Shown here: in pieces, positions 36,563 through 45,478 of the stretch | Layout: every line of letters starts with the position of its first letter | Numbering within the stretch: the stretch's first letter is position 1 | NCBI GenBank assembly: GCA_016183245.1 | Contig: JACPEY010000011.1 | Span: 5,568-69,567, forward strand | Origin: Candidatus Daviesbacteria bacterium | GTDB taxonomy: Bacteria; Patescibacteriota; Microgenomatia; Daviesbacterales; UBA10151 | Direction of reading: 5' to 3' | Length of the DNA: 64,000 nucleotides | Position numbers and translations under genes: made by a program | The notes under the pieces: model-generated | Databases searched by the model: none | What the model saw: the letters and a program-made list of their open reading frames with translations, nothing else | Told to the model about the DNA's origin: nothing

Positions 36563-37507
36563 TTATTTCTTAACTGTAAAACTATTATCTGAGTCGTCTT
36601 CAAAAGTTCGGCCTTGACTATCAGTACAGGTAATAGAAATTTTCATTTTATCCTCAGAGAGGGCAGCGTCAATTCTGGTTGTCCAGAAGATAGATTTCCA
36701 GCTTGCGTATGCTACCTCGTTACTGATTTTATTTATACTATTACTGGAATCCTTAGCATAAACAGAACAATTACCAGGAGAATTTGTATCCCACTTGATG
36801 TTTATGCCTGAGCCAGCTATAAAAGTTTCTCCTCCATTTGGATAAATGATTTTAATAAAGGGCGTGCCGCTGATTGATGTAACTATTTTAGTATCACCTG
36901 TTCCTTTTATAGGATTATAAACGGCGATTTTTATGGGAAATTTTTTCTGGACTCCTCTGGAATTTTGGATAATTCCGGTTCCGCTGTATTCTTTTGAGTA
37001 AACTTCTGAATTTACTTTAACGCTAATCTCTTGACTGCCGCCTTTGGCAAGGTTGCCTCCAGTTGTGGACCACTCAATTCCAGCAGCTGACTCAATAGGA
37101 TTACCTACTAAAATGTAGCTTTCATCTCGAGTAGCTTGGATAGTAAATACCTTCATTGATCTATCTGCTTCAACTAAAATGTCTACCCCATCAGTGCCAT
37201 TTGGATTGCTGATAAAATCCAGCTTAAAACCTAAATCATCTGAGGCAGACGGTCTGGATGTTGGACTTAATTGAGGAGTGGGGTTTGTTTTTAAACTAAT
37301 AGATTGTTTGGGTCGCGGACTGATACTTGGTGAGGGTTGGGACGTTTGTTGGGCGCTTTCTTGTGTTTTAGTAGTAGGTTGCGAAGCTGGTTGATACTGC
37401 TTAGATTGTTGCTGGTAAATTAAATATCCGGTTAAGCTGGCTGCAATTAAGAGTATAATAAATATTGGAGCTATGCCTTTGTTATTCATTAAATTGAGTA
37501 TACTCAA
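36563..37507 (-). CDS. Hypothetical membrane-anchored extracellular protein with a Pro/Ser/Thr-rich linker.
   Basis: An N-terminal TM is followed by a PST-rich region and a beta-rich C-terminus. Confidence 0.4.
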   Translation of the reverse strand: MSILNLMNNKGIAPIFIILLIAASLTGYLIYQQQSKQYQPASQPTTKTQESAQQTSQPSPSISPRPKQSISLKTNPTPQLSPTSRPSASDDLGFKLDFISNPNGTDGVDILVEADRSMKVFTIQATRDESYILVGNPIESAAGIEWSTTGGNLAKGGSQEISVKVNSEVYSKEYSGTGIIQNSRGVQKKFPIKIAVYNPIKGTGDTKIVTSISGTPFIKIIYPNGGETFIAGSGINIKWDTNSPGNCSVYAKDSSNSINKISNEVAYASWKSIFWTTRIDAALSEDKMKISITCTDSQGRTFEDDSDNSFTVKK

Positions 37508-37536
37508 TTATTGTATAGAGATACAAGGAGTTAAGT

Positions 37537-37767
37537 ATGAATATAAATGTTACTGATCAGGATCTATTGAATTGGGGGTTGGTATTAATTTCAGTGTCAC
37601 TGGCGATGGGTTTAGGGGCATCGGCATTTGTGAGCATCTCAGATAAGAAATTAACACTAAATTCTTGGTTGGCTAAACTGATTCTGCTGTTATTAACAGC
37701 GATAGTAGTTTCGGTAGCTGGGATCCTAATCTTTTGGATTTATTCATTAATTAAGTTTGGATTTTGA
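37537..37767 (+). CDS. Small two-TM membrane protein.
   Basis: Two hydrophobic segments are present. Confidence 0.3.
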   Translation: MNINVTDQDLLNWGLVLISVSLAMGLGASAFVSISDKKLTLNSWLAKLILLLLTAIVVSVAGILIFWIYSLIKFGF

Positions 37768-37803
37768 AGAAGTAGCAAGACTAATATCATAAAAGAACTA
37801 ATC

Positions 37804-37840
37804 TTCCACCTGGGGGGTGGGCTAGGTAGGACACCTAGGG
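37804..37840. repeat. REP-like palindromic element, copy 4, at the 3' flank of the RAYT.
   Basis: The sequence tccacctggggggtgggctaggtaggacacctaggg matches the family consensus. Confidence 0.65.
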
Positions 37841-37862
37841 AAATTAGATAATTTCAAGTTTA

Positions 37863-38612
37863 CTATTCCTGTACGAGATGTTGAATTTTATGAAGTTGTC
37901 TTTGATAATCGGCATGGTCTTCGATAAATTTTTGATAAACCTTAGGATTTATGAAAAGGCTCATTATTATATCTAAATTACAAATCTCAGCCTTATTACT
38001 TAGATATTCAGAGAGGGATGACCAGGGATATGCAAATAAGGTATTTAGATCCTTTACGACGTAGGAGGTATAGGGATTGAGATGAATGTATCTTGAAATG
38101 TGTATTAACTGTTCATCAGTTATGATTAGTTTAGCTTTAAATTGATCTAAGAAGAGTGATCCATCGCGTTCTCTTTTAGTATTAGAATATCTAGTGTAGC
38201 TATTTTGAAAATTCCCCAAAAATTTAGAAATTCCCTTATCTTTAATTTGTTTTATTAAAAAATGGAAATGATTTGGCATTAAACAAAAAGCCAGAATTTC
38301 TACAAGCTTATCATCTTCTTTCCTCAAATTATCCATAATTTTTGTCCGGTCATCATTTGAAAGTGTTAGAAATTTTGATAATTTAGCGGGAAGATTGCTG
38401 AATCTATAGAAGTCGATTACAAGCCTTGCTCTTTTGTATTCCAGTTTATCTAAGAAAGTTGGTTGATGATTTATCCCACGGTTAAAAACATGATAAATTT
38501 GGTCATTAACTAAAGGTGTTAATCTACCCGGCATATTTCTTAGAATAACCCTGATATCCCTAGGTGTCAATAGAAATCCACCCCCCAGGTGGACTATACT
38601 ATTCAGATTCAA
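37863..38612 (-). CDS. REP-associated tyrosine transposase (RAYT; IS200/IS605-like Y1 HUH transposase).
   Basis: The N-terminal block YHVFNRGINHQPTF, the HUH motif NHFHFLI and the catalytic-Tyr block RYIHLNPY are present. The first ~17 codons (HLGGGFLLTPRD) are REP-encoded, so the real start may be the internal Met at ~38534. Confidence 0.75.
   Translation of the reverse strand: MNLNSIVHLGGGFLLTPRDIRVILRNMPGRLTPLVNDQIYHVFNRGINHQPTFLDKLEYKRARLVIDFYRFSNLPAKLSKFLTLSNDDRTKIMDNLRKEDDKLVEILAFCLMPNHFHFLIKQIKDKGISKFLGNFQNSYTRYSNTKRERDGSLFLDQFKAKLIITDEQLIHISRYIHLNPYTSYVVKDLNTLFAYPWSSLSEYLSNKAEICNLDIIMSLFINPKVYQKFIEDHADYQRQLHKIQHLVQE
38558..38594. repeat. REP-like palindromic element, copy 5, at the 5' end of the RAYT.
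   Basis: The sequence ccctaggtgtcaatagaaatccaccccccaggtgga matches the family consensus. Confidence 0.65.
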
Positions 38613-39294
38613 TACTGCCGGAGCCTTCCTGTTCTTTGTTGACTTGTGGGGGTTCTTCTCTTAGAAAATATTGAATTGTTGGATCATCTTCTTCCCATTT
38701 TTTTATTTTTTCGCGGGCTTCAGTGTTTAAATCGCGTCCTGCAACGGGGATTATTTCCTTTCCCAATCTGTTTAGGATTCCTAATACTTTAGGATCAGCA
38801 ATAGTTTCTCCTGTAACCGGATCCAAGTCTTCATAACTAACCGCAATTTCATCAAATGGGAGTTCTAATGCTCCTTGTAAAGGTATACTGGAAAAATGGC
38901 CTGTCTCCTTCCTTAATTTTTGTGCTTCCTCAATTGACAAAGTTCCTCTTGCTACCCCTAAAGGAATATAAGGATTTGAGGGTTTTTCTTCCTCATTAAG
39001 AGTCCCTCCCTGTAAAGTAATTTCCTGATAGGTTTTAAAGTCAAGTGCCATATACTTAGTATAATTTATTTGATCACGCTCTGCTACTTCACTCTTTAAT
39101 AATCTTGCAAAATGGGGTAAAATAATAGTTTGATTTTTCGAAGAAAAATAGTCCCACGGTTTATTTTTCGGGGAAAATATGGCTATAGACAAAATTACTA
39201 TTAAAGGTGCTAGAGAACATAATTTAAAAAATATTGACCTGGAAATTCCTAAGAACAAGTTAGTGGTTTTAACCGGGATCTCCGGTTCAGGCAA
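38599..39294 (-). CDS. Hypothetical protein with an uncertain start (the annotated 5' end overlaps the uvrA start).
   Basis: The ORF overlaps the first ~115 nt of uvrA on the opposite strand. An internal Met near 39054 is the more plausible start. Confidence 0.3.
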   Translation of the reverse strand: MPEPEIPVKTTNLFLGISRSIFFKLCSLAPLIVILSIAIFSPKNKPWDYFSSKNQTIILPHFARLLKSEVAERDQINYTKYMALDFKTYQEITLQGGTLNEEEKPSNPYIPLGVARGTLSIEEAQKLRKETGHFSSIPLQGALELPFDEIAVSYEDLDPVTGETIADPKVLGILNRLGKEIIPVAGRDLNTEAREKIKKWEEDDPTIQYFLREEPPQVNKEQEGSGSIESE

Positions 39295-42265
39295 GTCTTC
39301 CCTGGCTTTTGATACCCTTTATGCCGAAGGTCAAAGAAGGTATGTAGAATCTTTATCTTCCTATGCCCGGCAGTTTTTGGGAGTCATGGATAAGCCTGAT
39401 GTAGATTTGATTGAAGGTCTTTCTCCTGCGATTTCTATTGACCAAAAAGGTGTCTCACACAATCCTCGCTCTACAGTTGGAACCACCACGGAAATTTACG
39501 ATTATTTAAGGCTTTTATTTGCCCGGGTTGGCCATCCTCATTGTCCTGTATGCGGTAGGGAAGTTGCCAAGATGAGCGTAGAGCAAATTACTCAACTTGT
39601 CATTCTGGGGAGAAGCGGAGCGACGACTCCAGAATCTATTACTAAGGATTCTGGACAAGCCAGAATGACAAAAAGGGGCAGGAGAATAATGATTTTGGCG
39701 CCGGTGGTTAAAGACAGGAAAGGCGAGTACAGCCAGTTATTTGAAGATTTCAGGAAAAAAGGGTTTTCTAAAGTCAGGGTTGGCGGATATATAATAGACC
39801 TGGCTGATGATTTGGTATTAATTAAAACAAATAAGCATACGATTGATCTGGTTGTAGATAGGCTTGTTTTAGATAAGAGTGTCATTCTGGGAGTCCCGAC
39901 GAAGTCGCGGACGACACCAGAATCAACGAATCAGTTAGATTCTGGACGCGCCCCTTCAGGGCCTGCCAGAATGACAAAAGAAAGTAAAGATAGTACTCAA
40001 GCAGACAATATTTACTCAAGATTGTCACAAAGCATTGAGACAGCGCTTAAATTTGGTGAGGGATCAGTGATAGTTTCTGATGTGCTGGATGCTTCTTTGG
40101 AATTCCCTCAAAATCCTAAAAAAATGGAGGACCATCTTTACTCGGAAAGATTTGCCTGTCCTGTAGACAATATCTCGCTGAGCGAGATTGAACCCAGACT
40201 TTTGTCTTTTAACTCTCCTCACGGAGCCTGTCCAAAATGTTCAGGATTAGGGAATCTTTTAGAAATTGATGCAGCTACAATTTTAAATCCAATTCTCTCT
40301 ATAGCAGAGGGCGGAATTCTGCCTATGTCAAAGCTTGCCACAAGTGATACCTGGTATACAAGGCTTATTGAAGCAGTGGGTAAAAAATATGGCTTTGATA
40401 CAAATACAAGGCTGGGGAATCTGACAGCTGAAGCCAAAAAGATATTGCTTTATGGTGGCGCAGATGAAGAATTTAAAGTAGAAGGCAGGAACAGACAGGG
40501 GAAGTGGACTCATTTTTATTCTGAATTTGCCGGGCTGGTGCCTTATCTTAAGGAAAGATATACAACAACTGAGTCGGATTTTGTTAAGGCCGAAATTGAA
40601 AAATATATGGTCAAAGAAACCTGTCCGAAGTGTAAAGGAGCAAGACTTAAAGATGAAGCACTTTCAATAACTATAGATGGATTAAACATTGCAGAAGTTA
40701 CCAGCCAGTCAATTGTTCAGGCTTTGGACTGGATCAAAAGAATTTCCGCTCGTAATGATGGGAAGGTATTAAGTGAGCGTGAGGCACAGATAGCAAGTCC
40801 TATTTTAAAAGAAATTAATGCCAGGTTGCAGTTTTTGATTGATGTGGGATTGGATTATCTGACTTTAGACAGGGCTGCCATGACTCTGGCGGGAGGAGAA
40901 TCACAAAGGATCAGGCTTGCTTCCCAGATCGGTTCAGGGCTTTCCGGAGTATTGTATGTTTTAGACGAGCCTTCAATAGGGTTGCATCAAAGGGATAATA
41001 CCAGGTTGATTGAAACTTTAAAAAAACTCAGGAATCTGGGTAATACTGTGATTGTTAATGAACATGATGCTGAAACAATGGAGGCATCGGATCTTCTGAT
41101 CGAAATTGGTCCGGGAGCCGGTGAACACGGCGGGCAGATTGTAGCTATAGGAACGCCTGATGAAATTAAGAAAAATCCCGCATCGACAACCGGCCAGTAT
41201 TTATCCGGAAATAAAAAAGTCGGAGCAAATATTCTTCAAGCACAGCGAGAATCTTCCTTAAAAACTATTAATAAATATGTGCTTAAAATTTTGGGTGCTT
41301 CTGAACATAACTTAAAAAATATTGACGTTTCTTTCCCCCTGGGAAAATTTATAGTAATTACAGGTGTTTCCGGTTCAGGTAAATCAACTTTAATTCATGA
41401 TATTTTATTTAAAGCTCTAGCCCAAAAAGTTTACCGCTCCAGGGAAAAACCCGGGCTGCATAGGGGCCTGGAAGGAACAGAGAATATAGATAAGGTAGTA
41501 TTGGTAGACCAGTCGCCTATTGGCCGCACTCCCCGTTCAAATCCGGCTACATATACCGGGGCATTTACCCACATCCGGGAGCTGTTTGCCCAAAGCCCGG
41601 AAGCAAAAATCAGAGGCTATAACCCGGGCAGATTTTCCTTTAATGTCAAAGGAGGAAGGTGTGAAGTTTGTGAGGGAGAGGGTACTTTAAAGATTGAGAT
41701 GCAGTTTTTACCGGATGTGTATGTAAGTTGTGAGTCATGTAACGGAGCAAGGTATAACAGGGAAGCTTTGGAAATCTATTTTAAGGAGAAAAATATTGCC
41801 CAGGTTCTGGATATGACGGTTGAAACTGCTTTAAAGTTTTTTGAAAATATTCCTCAGGTTAAAAACAAGCTGCAGGTTTTATTTGATGTGGGGTTGGGGT
41901 ACATTAAGCTGGGACAGCCTGCACCTACTCTTTCAGGAGGAGAAGCCCAAAGGATTAAACTTTCTTCAGAATTATCAAAACGTTCTACAGGACAAACAGT
42001 ATATATTCTTGATGAACCTACAACAGGCTTGCATTTTGCCGATATCGAAAGACTTCTAATGATCCTGAGGAAGTTAGTTAATGTGGGGAATACAGTAATA
42101 ATAATAGAACATAACCTGGATGTGATAAAAAATACTGACTGGGTAATAGATTTAGGCCCTGAAGGCGGAGACAAGGGGGGGAAAATTGTCGCCCAAGGTA
42201 CTCCTGTCCAAATTGCCAAAATTAAAGATTCTTACACCGGCATGTATCTTGCAAAAATACTTTAA
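39179..42265 (+). CDS. uvrA: Excinuclease ABC subunit A (UvrA) carrying two in-frame palindromic-element insertions.
   Basis: Two ABC modules are present, each with Walker A GxSGSGKS (GISGSGKSSL, GVSGSGKSTL), signature LSGGE and Zn-finger CxxC pairs. At 1028 aa it is longer than the ~940 aa typical of UvrA. The extra segments are ...TTPESITKDSGQARMTKRG... and ...TTPESTNQLDSGRAPSGPARMTKES... Confidence 0.9.
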   Translation: MAIDKITIKGAREHNLKNIDLEIPKNKLVVLTGISGSGKSSLAFDTLYAEGQRRYVESLSSYARQFLGVMDKPDVDLIEGLSPAISIDQKGVSHNPRSTVGTTTEIYDYLRLLFARVGHPHCPVCGREVAKMSVEQITQLVILGRSGATTPESITKDSGQARMTKRGRRIMILAPVVKDRKGEYSQLFEDFRKKGFSKVRVGGYIIDLADDLVLIKTNKHTIDLVVDRLVLDKSVILGVPTKSRTTPESTNQLDSGRAPSGPARMTKESKDSTQADNIYSRLSQSIETALKFGEGSVIVSDVLDASLEFPQNPKKMEDHLYSERFACPVDNISLSEIEPRLLSFNSPHGACPKCSGLGNLLEIDAATILNPILSIAEGGILPMSKLATSDTWYTRLIEAVGKKYGFDTNTRLGNLTAEAKKILLYGGADEEFKVEGRNRQGKWTHFYSEFAGLVPYLKERYTTTESDFVKAEIEKYMVKETCPKCKGARLKDEALSITIDGLNIAEVTSQSIVQALDWIKRISARNDGKVLSEREAQIASPILKEINARLQFLIDVGLDYLTLDRAAMTLAGGESQRIRLASQIGSGLSGVLYVLDEPSIGLHQRDNTRLIETLKKLRNLGNTVIVNEHDAETMEASDLLIEIGPGAGEHGGQIVAIGTPDEIKKNPASTTGQYLSGNKKVGANILQAQRESSLKTINKYVLKILGASEHNLKNIDVSFPLGKFIVITGVSGSGKSTLIHDILFKALAQKVYRSREKPGLHRGLEGTENIDKVVLVDQSPIGRTPRSNPATYTGAFTHIRELFAQSPEAKIRGYNPGRFSFNVKGGRCEVCEGEGTLKIEMQFLPDVYVSCESCNGARYNREALEIYFKEKNIAQVLDMTVETALKFFENIPQVKNKLQVLFDVGLGYIKLGQPAPTLSGGEAQRIKLSSELSKRSTGQTVYILDEPTTGLHFADIERLLMILRKLVNVGNTVIIIEHNLDVIKNTDWVIDLGPEGGDKGGKIVAQGTPVQIAKIKDSYTGMYLAKIL
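39599..39669. repeat. MITE-like palindromic element (GTCATTCTGG...CCAGAATGAC termini), copy A, inside uvrA.
   Basis: A 10-bp perfect terminal inverted repeat and an internal palindrome ccagaatc...gattctgg are present. Confidence 0.6.
39881..39975. repeat. MITE-like palindromic element (GTCATTCTGG...CCAGAATGAC termini), copy B, inside uvrA.
   Basis: It has the same 10-bp terminal inverted repeat as copy A and is about 95 bp long. Confidence 0.6.
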
Positions 42266-42288
42266 GAAGATTTTTTGTTACAATTAGT

Positions 42289-44205
42289 TTGATGATTAAC
42301 AGAATATTTACAGCATCTATTTTTTTATTCCTCTTGATCCTGCCTCAAAGAGTATACGCTATTTCTGATCAACCTTCTGCCAAAGCCGGGTTTGCAACTT
42401 CTTATGATGTTTTGTATGACGTTAATGAAAGCGGAATAACTACGGTTACTGAAAAAGTTACTTTAAAGAATTTAACTTCAGAATACTATGCTAATCAATT
42501 TAAGTTAACTACGGGCGCTACGCAAATTTCCGACATTAAAGCCACTGATCCGGGAGGAGCGCTGGAAGTAACTCAAGAACAAAAGGACACAACAACCACC
42601 ATCGGAGTTAAATTTAATCAGCAGGTAGCAGGTTTAGGAAAAACCCTACCCTGGGTAATCTCTTTTAAATCAAAAGACTTTGCCGAAAAATCCGGTAAAG
42701 TTTGGGAAGTAAGGGTTCCAAAAGTTTCCTCGACTTCAAATCTGGAAAGCTATAATTTGACACTAGCTGTTCCGCAAAGCTTTGGCGAGCCTTCATTAAT
42801 CAGCCCGATCCCCAAAAGCCAGACTATTTCTGCGGGTAAAATATTTTTGACTTTTGAAAAAGACCAGCTGCTCAATTCCGGGATTTCAGCAAATTTCGGC
42901 AACATCCAGCTTTTTGATTTTGATCTTTCATACCACCTTGAGAATAATAACTGGATGCCGATTTTAACAAGCATTGCTTTGCCGCCTGATACATCATTTC
43001 AGGATGTAATTTATCAGCGAATAGAGCCAAGCCCTTTGAATGTGACAGTGGATAACGACGGTAATTACCTGGCCTGGTTTAAGCTTAACCGGGGACAGAA
43101 ATTAGATGTAAAAGCAATTGGTTCTGCCAAACTTTATACAAATTCCAAGGTTAAAAATCCTTTTTTGGATGAAAGCTTGAAGAAAAAATATACCGAATCC
43201 AATAAATATTGGGAGAAAGATAACCCTCAGATTATAAATAAATTAAATGAAATATTAGGTGACAGCGTTACGGCTGATGCGGAGACTAAAGCCAGGCTAA
43301 TCTTCCGCTTTGTGGTAAATTACTTAAAATATGACCCTTCAAGGTTAAAAGACAGCAATATTGAGAGATTAGGAGCTGTGACAGCGCTTGCAAACCCGGA
43401 TTCAGCTGTTTGTATGGAATTTACTGATCTATTCATAGCGCTTGCACGGACTGCTGGAATTCCGGCCCGGGAACTGGACGGTTATGCCTATACTTCAAAT
43501 ACTGCTTTGCGGCCCCTTTCGTTAACAAAAGATATTTTGCATGCCTGGCCGGAATATTGGGACGAGCGGCGGGGATGGGTGATGGTAGACCCGACCTGGG
43601 AAAATACCACCGGAGGAGTTGATTATTTCAGCAAGCTTGATCTAAACCACTTTGTTTTTGTTATAAAGGGTTTTTCTTCCTCTGAGCCTATCGCGGCAGG
43701 TTCTTATAAATACACAGGTCAGGATAGCCGTGATGTGCAGGTGGCTTTGTCAGAAATTGATTTCTTGGGCCATCCGCAAATTGATGTGCAAATTGATGTG
43801 CCAAACCCTTTTATGTCCGGCCTTCCCGGGATAGTTAAGTTAAAAATCAAAAATACCGGTAATGCTGTTTATCCGTCCGTTCCGCTTACAATTGCAGCTG
43901 AAAAATTACTTATTCTTAACTCAGAAGGCCAAAATTCCGGTTTAATTCCGCCTTTCGGAGTTTCAGAGTTTAGTTTCAATACCCGGACTAAATCTTTGCT
44001 TAATTCATATAGTGATCAGATTTACGTTTTATTAGGGTCACAAAAATTTACTAAGGATATTGTAATTGGGCCTTTCTTATTATTTCAAACAATGCCGATT
44101 ATGATCGGTGTGGTTGGAGCGCTGATGTTTTTAATTTATCTGACAGTTTTAGGAATCCATATCTACCGCAGGAAGAAAAAAAGCCATAAGCGGGCTGGAA
44201 AATAG
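42289..44205 (+). CDS. Transglutaminase-like-superfamily protein (Cys-His-Asp core) with a signal peptide and a C-terminal TM.
   Basis: The core blocks are CMEFTDLFIALARTAGIPAR (Cys), HAWPEYW (His) and VMVDPT (Asp). A C-terminal TM plus basic tail is present. Confidence 0.65.
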   Translation: MMINRIFTASIFLFLLILPQRVYAISDQPSAKAGFATSYDVLYDVNESGITTVTEKVTLKNLTSEYYANQFKLTTGATQISDIKATDPGGALEVTQEQKDTTTTIGVKFNQQVAGLGKTLPWVISFKSKDFAEKSGKVWEVRVPKVSSTSNLESYNLTLAVPQSFGEPSLISPIPKSQTISAGKIFLTFEKDQLLNSGISANFGNIQLFDFDLSYHLENNNWMPILTSIALPPDTSFQDVIYQRIEPSPLNVTVDNDGNYLAWFKLNRGQKLDVKAIGSAKLYTNSKVKNPFLDESLKKKYTESNKYWEKDNPQIINKLNEILGDSVTADAETKARLIFRFVVNYLKYDPSRLKDSNIERLGAVTALANPDSAVCMEFTDLFIALARTAGIPARELDGYAYTSNTALRPLSLTKDILHAWPEYWDERRGWVMVDPTWENTTGGVDYFSKLDLNHFVFVIKGFSSSEPIAAGSYKYTGQDSRDVQVALSEIDFLGHPQIDVQIDVPNPFMSGLPGIVKLKIKNTGNAVYPSVPLTIAAEKLLILNSEGQNSGLIPPFGVSEFSFNTRTKSLLNSYSDQIYVLLGSQKFTKDIVIGPFLLFQTMPIMIGVVGALMFLIYLTVLGIHIYRRKKKSHKRAGK

Positions 44206-44206
44206 T

Positions 44207-45478
44207 ATGCTCCCTGCTTTTATAGACCAGTCTAAAATTCCTCATAAGCCCGGAGTTTATGTTTACAAAAACAATAAGGGAGAGGTTTTATATGTTGGTA
44301 AAGCCATAGATTTATACCATCGTGTTTCTTCATATTTTCATTCATCGCGCCTGGATTTAAAAACCAGGAACCTGGTGGAAAGAATAAAAGAAGTAGAAAC
44401 AGTTATAGTGGAATCCGAAATTGAAGCATTGATTCTTGAGGCAAATCTTATCAAGAAATATCTGCCTTTATTTAATATAAAACTTATTGATGATAAGGAT
44501 TATTTGTATATTGCAGTAACTAAAGACAATTTTCCAAAAATTATTACAGCAAGAAAAAAGGACCTTGGTTTAGTAAGGAAATATTGGGGGCCGTTTCCAT
44601 CTGGTAAAACCGTGCGCGAAACCTTAAAATCCTTAAGAAGAATCTTTCCCTGGTGTGCAAATATAACGTCACCCCAGGGGCGGCAAAAGAAGCGACCGTG
44701 TTTTTACTACCATATTGGTCTATGCCCGGGGGTTTGTGCAGGAGTAATATCGCAGAAAGACTTTAATAAAATTATCAGCAACTTCTCCAAATTTATGGAT
44801 GGCAAAAAAGAACAACTGTTAGCTCAACTGAGCGAAGAGATGACAGAGGCAGCCCATAGACAGCAATTTGAAGAAGCTGCAAAGGTCAAAAAAATCATTG
44901 CAGGAATTAATTATCTGACCCAATCCAACAGGACAAAGCTTTACCTGGAAAACCCTAACTTTTTGGAGGAAGAAACAAAGCTGGCTTTAGAGGAATTGAA
45001 GGAAGATTTAGGTTTGGTAAAACTTCCGGAAAGGATTGAAGGCTATGATATTTCAAATATTTCCGGAAAAGAGGCTACAGGTTCGATGGTTGTTTTAACT
45101 TCCGGAGAGGTAGATAAATCGCAATACAGAAAGTTTAAGATAAGAATTTCGGGAAGGCCAAATGATGTAGGTATGATGTGTGAGATGGTCAGAAGAAGAT
45201 TTACCCATAAAGACTGGGCGATGCCTGATTTAATTCTTGTTGATGGTGGAAAGCCACAGGTTAATGGGACGAAATTAGAAATTAGAAATTTGAAATTAGA
45301 AATTCCTCTTTTTGGTTTAGCCAAAAAAAGGGAATGGTTGTATTCGCCTGAAGGAAAAGAGCTGAAGCTGCCTAAAAAAAGCTTGGCCTTAAAATTGCTG
45401 CAAAAGCTCAGGGATGAAGCCCACAGGTTTGCTTTAAGTTATCACAGGAAATTACGTGGTAATATATTATTTAAATGA
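44207..45478 (+). CDS. uvrC: Excinuclease ABC subunit C (UvrC), a short form lacking the C-terminal HhH domain.
   Basis: GIY-YIG (PGVYVYKNNKGEVLYVGKAIDL), the UVR motif (FEEAAKVKKII), the RNaseH-like endonuclease (EGYDISNISG) and IRDEAHRF are present. The protein ends right after RKLRG. Confidence 0.8.
   Translation: MLPAFIDQSKIPHKPGVYVYKNNKGEVLYVGKAIDLYHRVSSYFHSSRLDLKTRNLVERIKEVETVIVESEIEALILEANLIKKYLPLFNIKLIDDKDYLYIAVTKDNFPKIITARKKDLGLVRKYWGPFPSGKTVRETLKSLRRIFPWCANITSPQGRQKKRPCFYYHIGLCPGVCAGVISQKDFNKIISNFSKFMDGKKEQLLAQLSEEMTEAAHRQQFEEAAKVKKIIAGINYLTQSNRTKLYLENPNFLEEETKLALEELKEDLGLVKLPERIEGYDISNISGKEATGSMVVLTSGEVDKSQYRKFKIRISGRPNDVGMMCEMVRRRFTHKDWAMPDLILVDGGKPQVNGTKLEIRNLKLEIPLFGLAKKREWLYSPEGKELKLPKKSLALKLLQKLRDEAHRFALSYHRKLRGNILFK
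45271..45305 (+). repeat. Five tandem copies of the heptamer GAAATTA (one degenerate copy) inside the uvrC coding sequence.
   Basis: The run gaaattagaaattagaaatttgaaattagaaatt encodes ...TKLEIRNLKLEIP... Confidence 0.6.

Larger units (their letters stand above)
37804..38594 (-). mobile_element. REP-RAYT-REP unit: a Y1 (HUH) REP-associated tyrosine transposase gene flanked by two REP copies in inverted orientation.
   Basis: REP copy 4 at 37804-37840 and REP copy 5 at 38558-38594 are reverse complements of each other and bracket the RAYT ORF. Confidence 0.7.
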
